A DNA stretch of 64,000 nt, from the NCBI GenBank assembly GCA_002633005.1, contig NMRA01000203.1:501242-565241 (forward strand). Direction: 5' to 3'. Shown one piece after another: positions 60,101 to 64,000 of this stretch; position 1 is the stretch's first letter; the number at the start of each line of letters is the position of its first letter. The notes under the pieces were generated by a model, which was given only the letters and a program-made list of their open reading frames with translations, did not search any database and was not told where the DNA came from. Source of the DNA: Phoronis australis. Taxonomy: Eukaryota > Animalia > Phoronida. The position numbers were made by a program, and so were the translations under genes.

Positions 60101-63100
60101 AAAAAATCATTGAAGACTTCTCATTTCTTCAGTGTTTTTTTACTATTGATAGTAAGTGTGACGTGGGCTTGTTTACTCCGAAGTAAACTTGGTTTCGATG
60201 CTTTGTTATGATCTTGTACCGTCATTTATTGTTGAAATGTTCCCAAAATTAGTTTGACAATAACTTACTTACCATGCTGGTGTTGCAGTCTTGGCATAGA
60301 CAGGTTTTTAACTCCTGTTTCATGTGCTGGCTTCATTGGTCGAATGCATGCCTTTTGCTGCATGGGGTGATTTTTTGTTGCAAACCTTCCAACATTGTTC
60401 TGATTCTGAGGTTGTTTGTTGAAGTTGGCCGAATTGGCAGCGGTCGGTTTGACCACAGCAATGTTAACTCACGTCAGCGAGGGGAGACATCAGCTTCGAA
60501 CAGAGGTAGGCAGGTCTCCGGTTTCAAATCTAGGTGGAAATATCTTTGAGTGTAACATGCAGCATATGACCAGATTTGATTGTGACTGATATCATTGCTA
60601 ATTGACAGATTTGATTTTTTAGTTTGTTTAGTTGTTTTATGGGTAAACTCATAGAAAAAGGATTATGTGCTATGTGCCACGAATGCATTATGAAATGTCA
60701 GGAACCAGTTGTCGCTCTTAGTTTTACTGCTTGTTTGTGAAATGTAACATTAAGTTGTAACTTGAAAGTGACTTAACTTAATACTGTTTGTTTCAGTTGG
60801 TTTTGCATTTCCCGACACAAATTATACTTTAATTAACTGGTGTTCAGGGACAAGTATGGTTTAAGCAAAAGTATACTGGGTCGGTGTCATTTAACATGCC
60901 AGACTGACTGTTAACTAACATAGCCAGTATGAAAGTTTCAACCAACTTCTCAGTTTACGTCAACGCTTTTCCTGTGTGGAATTTAAGTTCTGTGAAAGTG
61001 TCTTTCAGGAGAGCAAAAGAAAGGTATATTAAATTCTTTGTATTTTCACTTTCCCAAGGGTAACACAAATGGAGTACAGTACAAGACAAAATAGACAAAA
61101 TTCTCTTTCCTGTTATGTTGTATTATTTGGTTACTAGTGGAAACAACTGATAATAACTATTATGGGAACAATGGCGTAGCAACCTTGCTAACTTTCCTGT
61201 TAAGTCCCCTTCATTCTGGGTCATGGAGGAAAACCATCCTGATGAACAGATGAATTTGGCTTCTGCCCAGCTGTCACAACTGGGAATTCTGGGTCATTTG
61301 GTCTGAATATATTTGACGTGTACTGTATGATGATATGACATGACTTGTTTAATATTTAAATATTCTCTGAATGTGATACATGAAGCTGGTCTGTTTAACA
61401 CTTTGCAGTCTTGTGTGGATAAACATATGGGACATATGACTTGAACTCAGCCGCCCAAATCTCATGATTGGTTAGACACATGCAAACGTTACCTGTTGAA
61501 CTGTCTTACTCCTAACTAAAAGATGATGCTGAACAATGTTGCCCTGTTGTACAGCAGGTTTATTAGGACAGTAAATGTATTAAGTTAACGTGGTCAGTAA
61601 AACACAAGTTGGCTTATGCTACATAGTGGCTGGGAGTTGGAGCCACCCTTAGTCTTGAACTTTGAGTTCTTGTTTGACAACATGTGTCTTGGTAAGAGTT
61701 TTTGCATGCCTAGCCAAACACCTGGTCTGTGTTCTGTAGATGCAAGAATATTGTGAGTAAAACTAGGAAGGGATCTCATGCTTCGTTTATGTGTAATGCT
61801 GTGCAGAGTCTTGCGTGGTTTTGCGGTTTTTTTGTAGGTTTTTTCCAATCTATAGAATGCAGGGCTGGCGTCTTGAAACTGAATAAGTTTTTAGATTTAC
61901 GGTAGAAAAATACTATAAATCATAGTAATTGTTGAAAACTAACAACTGAACGTGTTTGACATTTTCATAATCATTCAATACATTACTGTACTTTGTATTG
62001 TGATGTTTAATTTCAAATTATTCTAATTTACAGACACTAGAGTTCCTCCGAGTGGGAAGGACCATGATTCTAAACCTGTGAGACGCACACGGTTCTCATC
62101 TTCAGGTAGCGAAGAAGGTCGCGTGGTTGAGCAGCAAAATGATTCTATTGTTGTCAAAATTGATAACGAATTAGCATCGCCTAGTGATAAGAGACCCCAA
62201 ACAAAGGTGATCAGGCAATCACAAGACAGGCATGCTAAGCATGGCAGAAAAAAAGAAAAGCAAGTCCCAACAAAAAGCTCTGAACAATCAGAATCTCAGT
62301 CAGTTAGTGTTGATGAACCAAACTCTACGAGTGAAGGTGGCAATAAAGGTCAAAAAGTCACTTTTGATATCCCCGTAGCAACGACCCCACAAGATGATGA
62401 TGAATGGGAAGATGTTGCGGAAGACCATGAGTTTTATGACGTACATGAAAAGGTAGATGACGTTAGTCTGTCTGAGGAAGTCAAAAAATCTGTAAACCAG
62501 TCGGAGGACAACCAAGTAAAAACTGGTAATGATGAAAGTGTGTCAAACTCTGTAAAAAATGATACGACACTTCAACTGAATGTACCAACGTCATCTGAGA
62601 CTTCAGTAAGTGATGGAACTGAAGAGACAGGGTTGCATCTTGACACTGAAGCAGAGCCACAAGTTCCGACAACGCCAGAAATAAAAACCCCTGTTGGTCA
62701 CGTTAAAGTGCTAGACTGGGGTTCAGCCATGGATGATATGTCAGATGGAAGCAGAAGTAATGAGAACTCACCCCGTGATGATGAGGTTGAGAAGTCGACA
62801 GATGAGGCGTATGAAATACCTCGGGAGGCCATCGAAGAGCATCTACGGGCGTCACGAGAAAGAGAGCTAGAAGTCATCAAGAGAGCTTCACAAGAGAAGG
62901 AGGTGACAAGTGTTACCCAGTGTGCATCTGATGAGACAGTAGAGCATAACGTAACTAAGACTGAGCCCAGTGATACTATCATCGGAGATCAGGAAAATAA
63001 GGCTGAAGGCGAAAGTATAAGAGAAAGTAAAAATAATGGTGCTGCACCTGAGGACAGTCCTTCATCAAAAACATTGTCTGGTGAGTTTGTTGCTGATTTC

Positions 63101-63957
63101 TTTTGCTTCGGGCAGTAATTCTCATTTTTGGTCTGGTACTCATCCTTGAGATGTACGGTATTTTCTTAATCAAAGATAAAAGTAAACTTGGCGTGAAAAA
63201 GACTTCACATTCACTGGTCTGTGTTGAGAAGGATAATGTTTTCCTGTAGTCCAAGCTTAAATTAAAATTATATTTTAAGTTCAGTTTCACTGGTCTGTGT
63301 TGAGAAGGATAATGGAGGTTTTCCTACAACTATTATTCAAATCTTTTGATCTATTTACACTAACCTCTTGGAATAACATCCGAATACTAGACAGTGAAAC
63401 AGGTTGGACCAAGAGAAAGACCAAGAAAGCCATGTACATGAAAGTACCAGGCAATGTTGTCAGTCAGACAAGTGACACCTGGCTCAGTCTCCTTAGGAAG
63501 GTTTAAGTAAAATTATAGTTAAATTGCCTCTAAGTAAATGGATGGTGTAGTAGTTAAGGTGCAAGACTCAAAATTTCTGTAGTTTCACAAGTCACGGGTT
63601 CAAATCCTTCCTCAGACAATATATATGATCAAAAATTATACCATGATGAGTGTGTCACATATCCTTGCTCATTCTTCTAAGAACGCAGGAACATCTGACA
63701 TGGCCGGAGAATAGACCGACCAAAACGTTGTGACAATGTAAGTAGACAAGATTTCGGTGTAAATAGACCAAGAGGTTTTAATAATAGTTGTAACATGCCA
63801 CCACCTTTAGTCAAGGCCTAAATTAAGTTGAGTATCACTGGGTCTATATTGAGAACGATAATAAAGGTTTTCCTGTAGTCCAGGCCTAAATTAAAATAAG
63901 TTGAATTTCTTTCATCTCGCAGGACAGACTGTAAAATTTGTACACTTATCCTACTAA
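48109..63957 (+). CDS. CCDC9: Coiled-coil domain-containing protein 9-like (whole coding span, ~10 exons, ~790 aa)
   Basis: Motifs TKEEKEE...IRRKNEALEKRYGEIEADKKRAE, FLADPRRQGPL, RRHTSNFGGKDF and MTGRERQEYQQWKEERDRIDQERIQRQ...GNWVRSWDSEK match my recollection of the CCDC9/CCDC9B family. Confidence 0.88.
48119..48192 (+). repeat. 18-bp tandem repeat x4 containing a splice donor
   Basis: Unit gtggggtaagttaccatt. Confidence 0.95.
50663..52115 (+). mobile_element. HINE-like element with ~150-bp monomer array
   Basis: 5' tatgcgccc hairpin, then about 9 monomers homologous to the reverse complement of 5561-7283. Confidence 0.75.
52201..52323 (+). CDS. CCDC9: CCDC9-like exon
   Basis: RGQESSKELLDNLTKEEKEELITKKMEEIRRKNEALEKRYG. 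Confidence 0.88.
54525..54617 (+). CDS. CCDC9: CCDC9-like exon
   Basis: EIEADKKRAEQMEKSERRKSGSPRKEFKDFK. Confidence 0.88.
55156..55284. repeat. 27-bp minisatellite, ~5 copies
   Basis: Unit taggtcaagaa(t/a)ggttaagtacccaac. Confidence 0.92.
55832..56431 (+). CDS. CCDC9: CCDC9-like exon (R/D/G-rich low complexity)
   Basis: 200 open codons between gacag| and |gtaagt; ends KRKENAAKYEEELKSPN. Confidence 0.9.
56734..56889 (+). CDS. CCDC9: CCDC9-like exon
   Basis: GPPPEPGYSFLADPRRQGPLDNNEASRRHTSNFGGKDFSGVKNKIKQEKDRG. Confidence 0.9.
57402..57583 (+). CDS. CCDC9: CCDC9-like exon (conserved core)
   Basis: RFSGPPRSKMEMSVRMTGRERQEYQQWKEERDRIDQERIQRQKDNSGNWVRSWDSEKVEQ; phase 0/2. Confidence 0.92.
58688..58737 (+). 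CDS. CCDC9: CCDC9-like exon
   Basis: SKEPPSPRQVPAPRRP; phase 2/1. Confidence 0.8.
60425..60505 (+). CDS. CCDC9: CCDC9-like candidate cassette exon
   Basis: 81 nt, phase 1/1; VGRIGSGRFDHSNVNSRQRGETSASNR repeats a motif from an upstream exon. Confidence 0.65.
62034..63080 (+). CDS. CCDC9: CCDC9-like large acidic exon
   Basis: 1047-nt open frame between tttacag| and |gtgagt; contains DDDEWEDV and LDWG; phase 1/1. Confidence 0.88.
63540..63617 (+). mobile_element. Degenerate tRNA-derived SINE head
   Basis: A-box-like tggtgtagtagtt and B-box gggttcaaatcc; no clean cloverleaf. Confidence 0.45.
63923..63957 (+). CDS. CCDC9: CCDC9-like candidate terminal exon
   Basis: Acceptor ttctttcatctcgcag|; phase 1 gives GQTVKFVHLSY*; no homology support. 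Confidence 0.4.
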
Positions 63958-64000
63958 AAACATTTGCAACTAAAATAATTGAATGAAGCAAAAAAAAAAA

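Noticed and set aside
63990-64000. Terminal A run as a poly(A) tail or retrocopy
   Set aside because: It is a short genomic A tract cut by the window edge, and the gene has introns.

Overview
This is AT-rich, intron-rich animal genomic DNA, probably from a marine invertebrate (the taxon is an inference). It holds two divergently oriented multi-exon genes. On the minus strand is a complete CEP128-like centriolar coiled-coil gene. I assembled 29 phase-consistent coding exons by hand from 36762 to 2825 (about 1233 aa), with one probable GC-AG intron and a candidate non-coding exon 1 and promoter near 40.0-40.2 kb. On the plus strand is a CCDC9-like gene with about 10 coding exons from 48109 to about 63957. 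Introns and the intergenic region are full of non-autonomous mobile elements: Helentron/HINE-like elements, hAT-like and Kolobok-like MITEs, foldbacks, a CR1-like LINE remnant and tRNA-derived heads. There are also minisatellites and two N-joined duplications that look like assembly artefacts. The most notable observations are (1) HINE-like elements whose ~150-bp internal monomers each carry a CTCF-consensus-like motif, (2) an 18-bp minisatellite that quadruplicates an in-frame splice donor of the CCDC9-like gene, (3) a flip/flop hairpin structure, (4) a MITE family with inconsistent target-site duplication lengths, and (5) a duplicated GRIGSGRFDHS peptide that differs only at synonymous sites. 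All homology calls are from memory of protein families; no searches were run.
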